Positions 1-10,426 of a stretch of 64,000 bases of DNA are shown piece after piece. The translations under genes were made by a program, and so were the position numbers. Numbering within the stretch: the first letter of the stretch is position 1; each line of letters starts with the position of its first letter. Source of the DNA: an uncultured Gammaproteobacteria bacterium (GTDB taxonomy: Bacteria > Pseudomonadota > Gammaproteobacteria > CAWCPV01); contig CAWCPV010000004.1 of NCBI GenBank assembly GCA_963797555.1, positions 736,001-800,000 on the forward strand. The letters are read 5' to 3'. The notes under the pieces were generated by a model, which searched no databases, was not told the origin of the DNA, and was given only the letters and a program-made list of their open reading frames with translations.

Positions 1-1
1 C

Positions 2-2056
2 GTGTGGCTGCGCCACCGCGACACCACCTGCCTGAGGGCCGTCCCTCACAACGGCCTCATCAACATCTTCACCCCCGACGCACACATCAAGGCGGACCGC
101 ATGGACGACTTCTCCTGGGGTCACCGTGCACCCGACTGGCGTGGGCTGGAGCAAGCCGACCAGGAGGCGGTAGGCGCTCCCACTGCCAACCTGATCCCGT
201 CCGAGTACCACGGGCTGGACCGTTTCGAGGCGCGCGCCCGGATCGTCGCCGACCTCCAGAGGGAGGCGCTGCTGGAGCGGGTGGAGTCGCACCGCCTGAT
301 GATCCCGCGCGGGGATCGCAGCGCTGCGATCATCGAGCCATTCCTCACCGACCAGTGGTACGTCGGGGTGAGGCCGCTGGCCGCCGAGGCAATACGAGTC
401 GTGGAGGAGGGACGCATCCGCTTCGTCCCGGAGAACTGGACCAAGACCTATTTCGAGTGGATGCGCATCATCCAGGACTGGTGCATCAGCCGCCAGATCT
501 GGTGGGGCCATCGCATCCCCGCCTGGTACGACGAGCGGGGCAACGAGTACGTGGGCCGCAGCGAAGAGGAGGTGCGCCGCAAGCATGGGCTCGCCCCCGA
601 GATCCCGCTGAGCCAGGACCCGGACGTGCTGGACACGTGGTTCTCCTCAGCGCTGTGGCCGTTCTCGACCCTTGGCTGGCCGGAGCACACGCCGGAGCTG
701 GCAACGTTCTACCCCACGAGCGTTCTGGTCACCGGCTTCGACATCATTTTCTTCTGGGTCGCCCGCATGACCATGATGGGGCTCAAGTTCGCCGGCGACG
801 TTCCGTTTCGCGATGTCTATATCCACGGCTTGGTGCGAGACGCCCACGGCCAGAAGATGTCGAAATCCAAGGGCAACGTCCTCGACCCCATCGACCTCAT
901 CGACGGCATCGATCTGGAATCGCTGGTCGCCAAACGCGTCACCGGGCTGATGCAGCCGGAGATGGCGTCGCGCATCGAGAAAGCTACGCGGCGGGACTTT
1001 CCCGACGGCATCCCCGCCTTCGGCACGGACGCGCTGCGCTTCACCTTCGCGGCCCTGGCGTCCACCGGACGCGACATCAAGTTCGACCTCGGACGCACCG
1101 AGGGTTACCGCAACTTCTGCAACAAGCTTTGGAATGCCGCGCGCTATGTGCTGATGAACACCGAAGGGCGAGACACCGGCCTGGAGGGCGGCGAGGTGGA
1201 GCTAAGCACGCCGGACCGCTGGATCGTGTCCCGCCTGCAGGAGGCGGCGCGCCTGGTGAACGACGCGATCGCCGGGTATCGGTTCGATCACGCGGCCCAG
1301 GCGATCTACGAGTTCACCTGGAACGAGTACTGCGACTGGTATCTGGAGCTGTCCAAGCCGGTGCTCACCTCGCCACAGTCCGCGCCGGAGGCGTTGCGCG
1401 GCACGCGCCGGACGCTGGTGCAGGTCCTCGAAGCCTTGCTGCGCATCGCCCATCCCGTCATGCCGTTCATCACCGAGGAGATCTGGCAGCGCGTTGCACC
1501 GCTAGCCGGTAAGCAAGGCCCGACCATCATGCTGCAGCCCTTTCCGCAGGCGCAAGACGCGCTCATCGACCAAGACGCCTGCAGGGAGATGGAGTGGGTC
1601 ACGCAGGTGGTCCTCGGCGTGCGCAGCCTGCGCGGGGAGTTCAATCTGCCCCCCGCGCACGCTCTGACACTGCTGTTGCAGCAGGGGACCGTGGCGGACC
1701 GGGAACGGGCGGCACGCTACGAGATGTCCCTCAGACACCTGGCCAGGCTGGCGGAGCTCCGCTGGCTCGCCCCCGAGGAGCCGGCGCCCCCTGCAGCGAC
1801 CGCCTTGGCCGGCCGGCTCAAGCTGCTGATCCCGATCGCCGGATTGATCGACCGGGACGCCGAGCTGGAGCGCCTGGATCGGGAGATCGCGAAGCTGCGA
1901 GCGGATCTCGAGCGCGGACGGGACAAGCTCGCCAATCCAGCCTATGTAGACCGGGCCCCGCGAGAGATCGTGGACAGGGAGCGGAACCGTGTCGCCGAGC
2001 TGCAAGCCGCCCTCACCAAGCTCGGGCATCAACGCGAGCGCATCGGGGCGCTCTGA
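2..2056 (+). CDS. valS: Valyl-tRNA synthetase (5' end outside window)
   Basis: [29 protein letters not shown] signature, FGTDALRF, and C-terminal coiled-coil arm ([11 protein letters not shown]). Confidence 0.98.
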   Translation: MWLRHRDTTCLRAVPHNGLINIFTPDAHIKADRMDDFSWGHRAPDWRGLEQADQEAVGAPTANLIPSEYHGLDRFEARARIVADLQREALLERVESHRLMIPRGDRSAAIIEPFLTDQWYVGVRPLAAEAIRVVEEGRIRFVPENWTKTYFEWMRIIQDWCISRQIWWGHRIPAWYDERGNEYVGRSEEEVRRKHGLAPEIPLSQDPDVLDTWFSSALWPFSTLGWPEHTPELATFYPTSVLVTGFDIIFFWVARMTMMGLKFAGDVPFRDVYIHGLVRDAHGQKMSKSKGNVLDPIDLIDGIDLESLVAKRVTGLMQPEMASRIEKATRRDFPDGIPAFGTDALRFTFAALASTGRDIKFDLGRTEGYRNFCNKLWNAARYVLMNTEGRDTGLEGGEVELSTPDRWIVSRLQEAARLVNDAIAGYRFDHAAQAIYEFTWNEYCDWYLELSKPVLTSPQSAPEALRGTRRTLVQVLEALLRIAHPVMPFITEEIWQRVAPLAGKQGPTIMLQPFPQAQDALIDQDACREMEWVTQVVLGVRSLRGEFNLPPAHALTLLLQQGTVADRERAARYEMSLRHLARLAELRWLAPEEPAPPAATALAGRLKLLIPIAGLIDRDAELERLDREIAKLRADLERGRDKLANPAYVDRAPREIVDRERNRVAELQAALTKLGHQRERIGAL

Positions 2057-2149
2057 GCCGCGGCTCCAGCAGTTGCGCCCTGCGCGGCGTGCTTGTTTCG
2101 CGTCGGAGCTGTTGTTTATAGTGGCTCTGGCTTACGCTGGAGGATGACC

Positions 2150-2350
2150 ATGGCACCGCCGCAATCCCAAGGTCTGTCGGGGACCGCGTTTCGCCTCAGA
2201 AGGCCGGATGACGAATTCGCCGCCTTCAGCGAAGCACACATCCAGCGCATGCTGGCGAGCCGACCGAACTTCGATGAGGCGCTCTACCGGGAAGCGAGCG
2301 ACTTGGTGGCGCGCAAGCTGCGCCGCTATGCCGAGGCGAGCGCCGCATGA
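2150..2350 (+). CDS. Small hypothetical protein coupled to the downstream ATPase
   Basis: GGAGG at 2139-2143 precedes ATG 2150; stop overlaps next start (ATGA 2347-2350). Confidence 0.6.
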   Translation: MAPPQSQGLSGTAFRLRRPDDEFAAFSEAHIQRMLASRPNFDEALYREASDLVARKLRRYAEASAA

Positions 2351-4605
2351 TCGTCCTCGCCCTGCGCGCCCGCAACCTGCTGAAGTATGCGCGTCTGGAG
2401 CTGCGGGACCTGCCCGTCCAGGGTCGGATCGCCATCGGCGGCCCCAATGAATCGGGCAAGACCGCCATCGGCGAGATCATCTGTTTCGCGTTGTTCGGCC
2501 GCACCTTCGCCGCATCCGGCTCGGACCTGGCCAAGATCGTCAAATGGCGGGAGTCGCGGGCAAACGTCGAGATCGACTTCGCAGCGAATGACGGCAGCGA
2601 GTATACGGTCACCCGTTACCTGGATAGCGACGGCCGCTGCGACGCGCGGCTCGCGCGCCGGGGCGAAGCGGACCCTGTGGCGCGTGGGGCAGAGGCTGTC
2701 GACGGCAGTGTGGTCCGGCTGATCGGGTTCGGCTATGGGGAGTTCGTCGACACCTTTTACCTCGCCCAGCGCGAGATCACCGTGCCCCACTCCCAGAGCA
2801 GCACCGTGAAATCCATCGTGGGCGTGGCCGCCATGGAACGCGCCGCTCAAGAGATTGGCGAGGAGATCAAGCAGGAGCGCGAGGCCGCGGAGCGGCACAA
2901 GCTGGAGATCACCAACCTCAACTTGCAGATCATGCAGCTCGACTTCCACGAGGAGAGCGCGGCTTCCCTCGAGTCGGAGTTGCGCGTGCAGCACGAGTCC
3001 ATGGAGGAAAAGCGCGCCCGGATAGCGACGCTGAACAGCAACGCCCAGCGCCTGGAACAGGCATTCGCCCAACTGCGCCGCTTGGCGGACCAGGTACCCG
3101 TTACCGACATCCAGACGTTTTACGCACACTGGCTGAGATATGCCGACGGCCTGGCTCGCACGCTGGACGACCTCCACCGCGCCTGTCATGCCACCGAAGC
3201 CGGGCAGGAGCTGCGGACTGCTGCCGATGTCAGAACGCTCGCACGAGAGCTCGAGGAGCACTTGGGGAGGTTCGTGGAGTTGCAAGCCAGGGCGTCCCTG
3301 TACCGACGCAGCCTCAGTGGCGTGCTGGGCGAGTCCGCGCCCGGCGTCGACGCTGAGGCGGCTTTGCCCGAGCGCCAGAAGGCCCTGTGCCAGAAGCTGA
3401 GCGAGACAAGGCACCGGCAGCGGCGTGGACGCTTGGTGATGTGGCTGTTCGCGCTCGTCTCGCTGGCCACCTGGGGCATGTGGATCGTCGTGAGCCTGGC
3501 ACCTCACGGTCCTCTGGGCGGTCTCGTGCTGAGCCTGACCCGAACCTACGTCCCCGCCTGGAAGCCGCTCCAGAACCCTTCCCATCTACTATGGCTGGCC
3601 GCGCTCGCGGCGGCCTGGACGCTGTTGACTCTTCCGATGCTGCTGCGCACGGTGGCGTTGGCGACCCGAACTGACCGCCTGTACCAACGGGTCGAGGAGC
3701 TGGGCGGGCGGATCGAGCGCCTGCGCAAGGAGGCGGAAATACTCGACACGCTGAGCGAGATCCCGCTGCCGGAGGCGCTGGCAGCACTGCGCCAGATCGA
3801 CGATGCAGGGGTCACCGAAGCCATTCGGGGATTCATAGGCAATGCGGACAATCCCCTTTTGGACGTGCAGGCCCTGCACGAATTCTTGCAGCGGCTGCGA
3901 ACGTCGCTGCACGATTGCGAGGCCGAGGTGGTGGCTCGCGGCGATCACTTGCGCGAGAGCATCGTCCAGCTCCAGCGTGAGGCAGGGGATTTGGAGCTTC
4001 GGGTCGATCAGACCCGACACGCCATCGAGGACGAGCGAGAGAAGCGTCGCCGCTCCCAGGAGCTGACCGGGCTCATCCGCGAGCTGCACACCAAGGTCGC
4101 CGAGCATGAACGGCGTATCACGGTGCGGGACGTGGCGGTGAACTTGCTGTCGGGCGCTGCCCGGGAGGTCTCGGCCCGCTTCAACCGAGATCTGCAGGCT
4201 TATCTGCCGGGCATCATGCCTCGCCTCACGGATGGCCGCTACCGGTACCTGCAGATCGGGGACGACTATCGGCTCAGGGTGTTCTCTTCAGAGAAGAGCG
4301 ATTTTGCCGACCTCGATGAGCTTTCCAGCGGGACGCAACGCCAGATCACTTTCGCCTTGCGCCTGGCCCTCGCCGCGGCGCTCGCGCAGGCCGCCGTCCG
4401 CGGCGCCCAGTGCCTCATCCTGGACGAGCCCTTCGCCTTCTTCGACCGCGGTCGGATGCGGGAAACGCTTGCCGGACTGCCGTCCGTCAGCGATCGGCTC
4501 ACTCAGATCTGGGTCATCTCCCAGGAGTTCGAGCCGAACGCCGGTTTCACTCTGGAAATCCATTGCGCGCCGGACCAGGACACGCTCACCGTGAAAGCCG
4601 CCTGA
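2347..4605 (+). CDS. SMC/SbcC(Rad50)-like coiled-coil ATPase with central transmembrane segments
   Basis: Walker A GPNESGKT, ABC signature LSSGTQ, Walker B LILDEP, long coiled coils, hydrophobic stretches (LVMWLFALVSLATWGMWIVV; LLWLAALAAAWTLLTLPMLL). Confidence 0.85.
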   Translation: MIVLALRARNLLKYARLELRDLPVQGRIAIGGPNESGKTAIGEIICFALFGRTFAASGSDLAKIVKWRESRANVEIDFAANDGSEYTVTRYLDSDGRCDARLARRGEADPVARGAEAVDGSVVRLIGFGYGEFVDTFYLAQREITVPHSQSSTVKSIVGVAAMERAAQEIGEEIKQEREAAERHKLEITNLNLQIMQLDFHEESAASLESELRVQHESMEEKRARIATLNSNAQRLEQAFAQLRRLADQVPVTDIQTFYAHWLRYADGLARTLDDLHRACHATEAGQELRTAADVRTLARELEEHLGRFVELQARASLYRRSLSGVLGESAPGVDAEAALPERQKALCQKLSETRHRQRRGRLVMWLFALVSLATWGMWIVVSLAPHGPLGGLVLSLTRTYVPAWKPLQNPSHLLWLAALAAAWTLLTLPMLLRTVALATRTDRLYQRVEELGGRIERLRKEAEILDTLSEIPLPEALAALRQIDDAGVTEAIRGFIGNADNPLLDVQALHEFLQRLRTSLHDCEAEVVARGDHLRESIVQLQREAGDLELRVDQTRHAIEDEREKRRRSQELTGLIRELHTKVAEHERRITVRDVAVNLLSGAAREVSARFNRDLQAYLPGIMPRLTDGRYRYLQIGDDYRLRVFSSEKSDFADLDELSSGTQRQITFALRLALAAALAQAAVRGAQCLILDEPFAFFDRGRMRETLAGLPSVSDRLTQIWVISQEFEPNAGFTLEIHCAPDQDTLTVKAA

Positions 4606-4792
4606 GGAGGCCGCGCGAGCCGGTCGGCGCGATAGCCCGCGCATGCCAGGAGAGCGGGGCCAAGTCGATCGTCGCGCCCCCACCCCTCGCCTGCCCTGGC
4701 GAGAGGAGCAGTCATCGAGGAGCGGCTCGACACGTGACTGAGGACATCCGGCCAATCAGTAGCTTGTGGTGATCTTCTCGAGAGCCGCGCAC

Positions 4793-5497
4793 ATGACGAG
4801 TCCGCCGACGTTCTCTCTGGACACCCTGGAGCTGGGGCCCATGGAGAATTTCGTCTACCTGATCCGCGACCATGACACCGGCCGCGCGGCCGTGATTGAC
4901 CCGGCATGGGAGGTGCCCCGCATCGTGGAGCTGGCGAGGCAGCGCAGCGTCCGCATCACGGACGTCCTGCTGACCCACAGCCATCACGACCACGTGAACG
5001 GCGTTGGCGAGTTGCTGGAGAGCTTCGATGCGCGCATCCACCTGCTCCAGCCGGAGGTGGCGTTCTGGGGCCGGGAGCTGGAGCGTCCGCTCCTGCACCA
5101 CGGTGGAGACACCATCGCTCTCGGCCGGACATCGATCCAGGTCCTGCACACCCCGGGCCACACTCCCGGGTCCGCCTGCTACCTGATCGACCGTCACCTC
5201 ATCACTGGCGACACGCTGTTCGTCTTCGGCTGCGGGCGCTGCGACCTGCGCGGCGGGGACCCCGAAGCGATGTACCGGACGCTGAAGGATTTCGCGACCA
5301 ACCTCTCGGGCGAAACCGTGATCCACCCGGGCCACAACTACGCGGAGCAACTGGTCTCCAATATCGAGGAACAGCGCGAAGGGAACCCGTTCATGCACTT
5401 CGAGAGCCTGTCGGAGTTCGTGCGTTACCGGATGGTAGACCACGACCGGCTGCGGCACTCTCCTTACGCTCCGGTCCCGCGCCCGCCCCGGTCCTGA
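4793..5497 (+). CDS. MBL-fold metallo-hydrolase (glyoxalase II-like)
   Basis: THSHHDH, HTPGHT, GDTLF and HPGHNY motifs. Confidence 0.92.
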   Translation: MTSPPTFSLDTLELGPMENFVYLIRDHDTGRAAVIDPAWEVPRIVELARQRSVRITDVLLTHSHHDHVNGVGELLESFDARIHLLQPEVAFWGRELERPLLHHGGDTIALGRTSIQVLHTPGHTPGSACYLIDRHLITGDTLFVFGCGRCDLRGGDPEAMYRTLKDFATNLSGETVIHPGHNYAEQLVSNIEEQREGNPFMHFESLSEFVRYRMVDHDRLRHSPYAPVPRPPRS

Positions 5498-5564
5498 GCG
5501 GCGTCGGAGCGCTACGCTGCGCGGGCCGGAGACCGGCCGGCCACGACAACAAAGGGGGGGATCC

Positions 5565-6068
5565 ATGAACCGCTGGGCTGCAATTCTGCTGCTTCTCGCC
5601 GGCACGACTGCTGTCGCCGGCAAGGTTTACCGCTGGACCGATGAGCAGGGCCAAGTCCACTTCGGCGACACGCCCCCGGGGCAGGCCGCTGCGACGGCGG
5701 TCGAGACGACCGGCGACTGCTTAGCCTATGAGACGCCGGCCGACTGCGATCAGCGGGTGGCCAAGGCCCGAAGGCTGGACGAGCAACGCATGCAGGAAGC
5801 CGTCCAGGCTGAAGGGAGGGCGGCGAGCAAGGCCACCAGTAAGGCCGAGCGATCGACCTCGCAGAAGCGGGCCTCGACGCGGCAGGAGCGGCAGCGCGCG
5901 GCATCCGGCCCAACCTGTGAAGAGCATCAGCGTGAGATACGCGACCTGGACCAGCGCATGCGTCACCAGACACATACCGGAGCGGACCTCAGCTATCTCC
6001 GGAAGCGGCTGCGAGAGCTGGAGGGAGCCTATCGCAAGGAGTGCCCTGCGCCAGCCCTCCGCTGGTGA
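5565..6068 (+). CDS. Exported DUF4124-like protein
   Basis: Signal peptide followed by VYRWTDEQGQVHFGDTPP and a charged helical C-terminus. Confidence 0.8.
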   Translation: MNRWAAILLLLAGTTAVAGKVYRWTDEQGQVHFGDTPPGQAAATAVETTGDCLAYETPADCDQRVAKARRLDEQRMQEAVQAEGRAASKATSKAERSTSQKRASTRQERQRAASGPTCEEHQREIRDLDQRMRHQTHTGADLSYLRKRLRELEGAYRKECPAPALRW

Positions 6069-6088
6069 ACAGCATCGCCAGCGCTGTC

Positions 6089-6236
6089 GCAACAGCCATC
6101 ATCGCCCCCAGGGAGCGCACGTATCGCTCGGCGATAGCGACCTGCTGTGCGGCGAAACCACCTCTAGCTCGGCGCGCCACTCAACTCCCTATACCACAAC
6201 AACTCGACCCTGGCCCGACCCTGGCCCCTTTAACTT
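6089..6236. repeat. Left arm of a ~140-bp inverted repeat
   Basis: Reverse complement of 6825-6960 apart from an 11-bp tandem duplication (cgaccctggcc), one extra C and one substitution. Confidence 0.95.
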
Positions 6237-6237
6237 T

Positions 6238-6817
6238 CGACCACGTGAACGGCGTTGGCGAGTTGCTGGAGAGCTTCGATGCGCGCATCCACCTGCTCCA
6301 GCCGGAGGCGGCGTTCTGGGGCTGGGAGCTGGAGCGTCCACTCCTGCACCACGGTGGCGATACCATCGCTCTCGGCCGGACATCGATCCAGGTCCTGCAC
6401 ACGCCGGGCCACACTCCAGGGTCCGCCTGCTACCTGATCGACCGTCACCTCATCACCGGCGACACGCTGTTCGTCTTCGCCGGCCGACTGCGATCAGCGG
6501 GTGGCCAAGGCCCGAAGGCTGGACGAGCAACGCATGCAGGAAGCCGTCCAGGCTGAAGGGAGGGCGGCGAGCAAGGCCACCAGTAAGGCCGAGCGATCGA
6601 CCTCGCAGAAGCGGGCCTCGACGCGGCAGGAGCGGCAGCGCGCGGCATCCGGCCCAACCTGTGAAGAGCATCAGCGTGAGATACGCGACCTGGACCAGCG
6701 CATGCGTCACCAGACACATACCGGAGCGGACCTCAGCTATCTCCGGAAGCGGCTGCGAGAGCTGGAGGGAGCCTATCGCAAGGAGTGCCCTGCGCCAGCC
6801 CTCCGCTGGTGAACAGC
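6238..6817 (+). pseudogene. Chimeric partial duplicate: MBL gene 4987-5228 fused to DUF4124 gene region 5734-6073
   Basis: 6238-6479 matches 4987-5228 with 8 substitutions; 6478-6817 is identical to 5734-6073; junction at a CG microhomology. Confidence 0.95.
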
Positions 6818-6824
6818 TCCGAAG

Positions 6825-6960
6825 AAGTTAAAGGGGCCAGGGTCGAGTTATTGTGGTATAGGGAGTTGAGTGGCGCGCCGAGCTAGAGGTGGTTTCGCCG
6901 CACAGCAGGTCGCTATCGCCGAGCGATACGTGCGCTCCCTGGGGCGATGATGGCTGTTGC
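6825..6960. repeat. Right arm of a ~140-bp inverted repeat
   Basis: aagttaaaggggccagggtcgag...gatggctgttgc is the reverse complement of 6089-6236. Confidence 0.95.
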
Positions 6961-7175
6961 CACGGCAGCCGTACCGCCTGGGCTGGCCCCAGGGACGCCC
7001 TGCCGCGGGCTGTGCAGGCGCTGCCCGAGGCTCAGAGGGTGGCGCCGTGGGACTGGCGACATCACCGCTCGTTCGACGCGCTGAGAGCCCGCCGGGAGAC
7101 GAGAATCCGACCCGACTCCGCCGCAAGGGCATCATGGCTAGCGGCAGGAGAAATGGCTTATCAGCTTAGCCATTA

Positions 7176-7971
7176 TCGCGCTGGGCAAAGCTCGGCGCTT
7201 CTTGCAGGTGAGAGTCCCTGTCGGGAGAAGAGGTCGTAAGGCATCTTCATAAGGGTTAGCCACCCACCCGTATCGAAGCCTTGGGTCCGTGGCGGAGTAG
7301 CCGAGAGGCTGCGAACAAGACGGGCTAAGCGTAGGCAGAGTATCCTGTAGGCCGTAGGGGAGGCCGCGCTCCCTGAAGTGCTGGTACAGCTTCGAGATAA
7401 GCTTGTTGCGGATGCCGAGGGTTTTAACGTGCCCGAAGGCTACACGAAGCGCCCGTTTTGGCGAGGGCGTGGAGGTCCGCCGGAGTCCTCAGGCCGTGGC
7501 ATGCAGGAAGAGAGGCGTCGGAGAACCCAGGAGGCCCCATCGGCTCCTGGCCGGAGGGAAGCTCGGTCATACGGTATACGGCTATTGAGGCACGGAAGGG
7601 GAAACCCGGACACAGGGTTAAGCCGGAACCTAAGTGGACGAAGGGAACTTCGGAGCAGGCAGGCGGAGAAGTACTGTCAAAGGGAACGCCCGCCGTATGC
7701 TGGTGGGGAGTCTTACCAGGCATAGTACTCGGAGACGGGGAAAGCCCGTTACAAGGGGAAGGACCTGGCGGAAGTACGCAGCCCGTATAGGAAACTTGCG
7801 CCGGACAGAGTCGGGCCGGAGAACGCAAGCGAACCTCACTGCGGGCAATAGCCAACAGACGGCGAGTGGCCGTCTGCGCGGAAGCGAGTACAACCGAGGA
7901 ACCGGATGCGGAAAAACTGCACGTCCGGGTCTGTGCCGGGGGCGGCGGGTGACCGCCGTCCCTACGGCGGA
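7176..7971 (+). ncRNA. ORF-less group II intron (RT ORF deleted)
   Basis: Domain V hairpin gaaccggatgcggaaaaactgcacgtccgggtc (7899-7931); domain VI with bulged A7964; DI-DIII-like motifs (ggtgagagtccc, catagtactc...ggggaagg); RT-start-like remnant KRTSLRAIANR at ~7827-7859. Confidence 0.85.
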
Positions 7972-7972
7972 G

Positions 7973-9639
7973 CCTGGATCCGTGACTTGAATCTCCGAGC
8001 GCCCGGGGCGCGAGAGAATGGGAGCTATTCTCAGTTGAGTTGGTTAGTTTTTAGCCAACCGGTGACGCCGGCTATGTACAGCGGGCGTAGACCCTCGTCG
8101 GCGCAGGAGTGACGGCGGGGCTTTGAGGCTTGGACGCTGAATTTCGGGCGTAGGTTTACACCGGGGTCTGGTGAGGCCCGGGTCGAGTTTCTATGGAGGT
8201 CGTCCTAGCTACCCGAAGGCGAGCTGGTAATACAGCTGCTCGAAGGCGCGGAAGCCGGGACAGAGCCGGCTGAAGCGCAGCTTCAGTCTGCGGGCGGTGG
8301 CGACCAACCGGGCGGCGAGGTACATCAGCTCCTGGATGACGGTCTTGATCCGCCGGCGCTTGGCCGGATGGCGCAGGGGAGCCGACTCGCCGGTCAGCCC
8401 GATGAGTCCGATGAAGCGCAGGATGTTGTAGGCGAACACGGCAAAGGCGAGCACCAGGTCATTGGTGTCGAATTTCCCGGAGGGCAGCCGTTCGATATCG
8501 AGGTCGGTCTTGAACTCGCTGTGGAACTGCTCGGAGGTGCCGTGGTCACGGTACAGGGCGACGATCTCCGCGTCCGGATAGGCGAGCGAGGTCCACCAGC
8601 CATCGAGCTCCAGCTCCGGTACCAACAGCGCCTGGCCCTTCTTGTCGATGGTGCGCTCGGTCACCCGCATCACCCGGCGAACGTGGTAGGTGTGCTCCCG
8701 ATGGGGGTGCTCCTCGACGACGCTGAACAGCGCCACGCGCTTGCCGGGGCGGGGTGTCTCCCATGCCCCTTGGCGCTCGGCGCGCTCCAGCCAATGGGCA
8801 GGGTCCTCGCCCCGAGGGTTCCACTGGATAATGAAGTCCACCTCCTCTTCGAGGTAGCGCAGCCGGTTCTCCAAGGCGTCGTGGGCGCTGTCCTGGCGCA
8901 CCAGCAGCGGCAGTTTGGTCAGGCGCCTGGCCCGCGGCAGGATGCGCTCCCAGACCTAGCCGAATTCCTTCTGACTGTGCTGCTTGCCTTCTCGCAGCTC
9001 ACAGCCGACGCACCACCCTTCGGTTCCCACGTAGGTCGCGATCGGCGCATAACCGTCATAGCCGTGGTAGGTGCGCGAGACTCCTTCTTGCTTGGTCCCG
9101 GAGTTGTCCATGGGAAAGACATCGATGTCCACCGGCACATGACCGGTCTTGAGCGCACTGACCGGTGCCTTGGCGTTGACCATGAACTCGATATCGGCCT
9201 CGTCAATGACCTTACCCGCAGGACCGCTGCGTGCTCGTCGAGACGCTGCCTCAGCGTTTCTGGCGAGGGTACCCGCTCCAGCCCCAACGCCTGGCGGAAG
9301 AAATCGTCCTCTCGGACGTTGGAGACCGCTTCGAAGTCGCTCTTGCCCAAACACATCAACCCCAGATAGCTCTTGGCTACGTCTTCATGGGAGATGCCGT
9401 GGCGTAGCGGGATCGCCTGCTTCAGCGCCTTGCCCAACCCGCTAAAGCGGTTGACGCAAAGACCGACCAAGGCCAGACCAGAATGGGAGGTGTAAAATTC
9501 CTCATCGGACTGCTCCAAGATGAACCGCTTCATCGTTCACCTGCCGGGTGAGCTGGAGTGCGGCCCGATTTTAGCTGAACTGCAATGATAAATCAGCAGG
9601 TTGCGGCCATCCGCTGAGACGCGAAGTCACGGAATCAGG
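7973..9639 (-). mobile_element. IS1380-family insertion sequence; transposase 8209-9533 split by two frameshifts
   Basis: 16-bp terminal IRs cctggatccgtgactt / cctgattccgtgactt; transposase pieces MKRFILEQSDEEFYTSHSGL, DIDVFPMDNS, YRDHGTSEQFHSEFKTDLDIERLPSGKF. Confidence 0.9.
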
Positions 9640-10286
9640 ATTAGGTCAAGCGCGGTAGCGAGGACGGGTTGCAGGCTACGTCTCGATGGTTTCCCACCAT
9701 CCTCCCAGCGGAGCGGGTTTTGTGAACCTTGCGGCTCGGAGCAGTACTTGTAAAACTGAAGCCCCGCCGGGGTGGCTTCGCTGTCCTTGATGCCCTGATA
9801 AATGACGTGGGGCTCAAGAGCATCTGCGATGCCGGATAAGAACGGTCCTGGCCCTTCCCACCGGCCCCACTTGACGTCCTCGGCCTTTAGGCCATACAAG
9901 ACCACAGCGTACGTCTCACCTACAAGGGTAACTGCGGGAAGCTCGGTGATGTACCAAGTCCTAGCCTGCCCGCCTTGACGGGCGTTCTCCACAAGATGCT
10001 CGGCCGCCTTTTGCGTTGCGTGCGGCCGCGGATAGTATCTCTCGTGCCACTCGGGAAGGGGGTGGCTGTAACTCACGCGGTACCCTCCGCAGAAAACATT
10101 GCCGCACCAATTCGTCGGGCAGCCGTGGGTTGCTGGCAGGTCCCTGCTTAGCGGATCGTAGGGGACATCTGGATCACCCGGTTGCCGGGAACACGTTCGG
10201 GTTTTTGGACCCCGCCGCGTTCGGGGTTCTCCGGTGACTTTCCTGAGAATCCTGGTGCCGGCGAGTCGACTCGAACCACCGACCAC
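9627..10286 (-). CDS. Hypothetical protein with 3' end interrupted by IS1380; start uncertain
   Basis: Open frame with globular-looking C-terminal part; last codons come from the IS; frame continues to a TAG at 7138-7140 if IS and intron are removed. Confidence 0.45.
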   Translation of the reverse strand: MVGGSSRLAGTRILRKVTGEPRTRRGPKTRTCSRQPGDPDVPYDPLSRDLPATHGCPTNWCGNVFCGGYRVSYSHPLPEWHERYYPRPHATQKAAEHLVENARQGGQARTWYITELPAVTLVGETYAVVLYGLKAEDVKWGRWEGPGPFLSGIADALEPHVIYQGIKDSEATPAGLQFYKYCSEPQGSQNPLRWEDGGKPSRRSLQPVLATALDLILIP

Positions 10287-10401
10287 ATTACCGGGTCAAG
10301 CGTTGGCACCGCCCCATGATGGCGGGCCCGGACTTCGTAGGACACCCCAGGAGCCGCGATCTCACCCTGATCGTAGGGTATACCACCGACCCCTCCTTCA
10401 C

Positions 10402-10426
10402 CCCCGCCTGTAGCGGGGTTCTTTTT
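10402..10426 (+). terminator. Rho-independent terminator-like hairpin
   Basis: ccccgc-ctgta-gcgggg followed by ttcttttt. Confidence 0.5.

Noticed and set aside
2-200. Unusual N-terminus of ValS
   Set aside because: The window starts inside the gene, so this is an internal segment and not a true start.
4987-6817. Diversity-generating retroelement (TR/VR pair) suggested by a near-identical repeat close to a retroelement
   Set aside because: The 8 differences are not adenine-specific, one half is identical, and no RT gene is present.
7378-7990. ORFs inside the intron as an intron-encoded protein
   Set aside because: No RT motifs such as YADD; these are chance frames in structured RNA.
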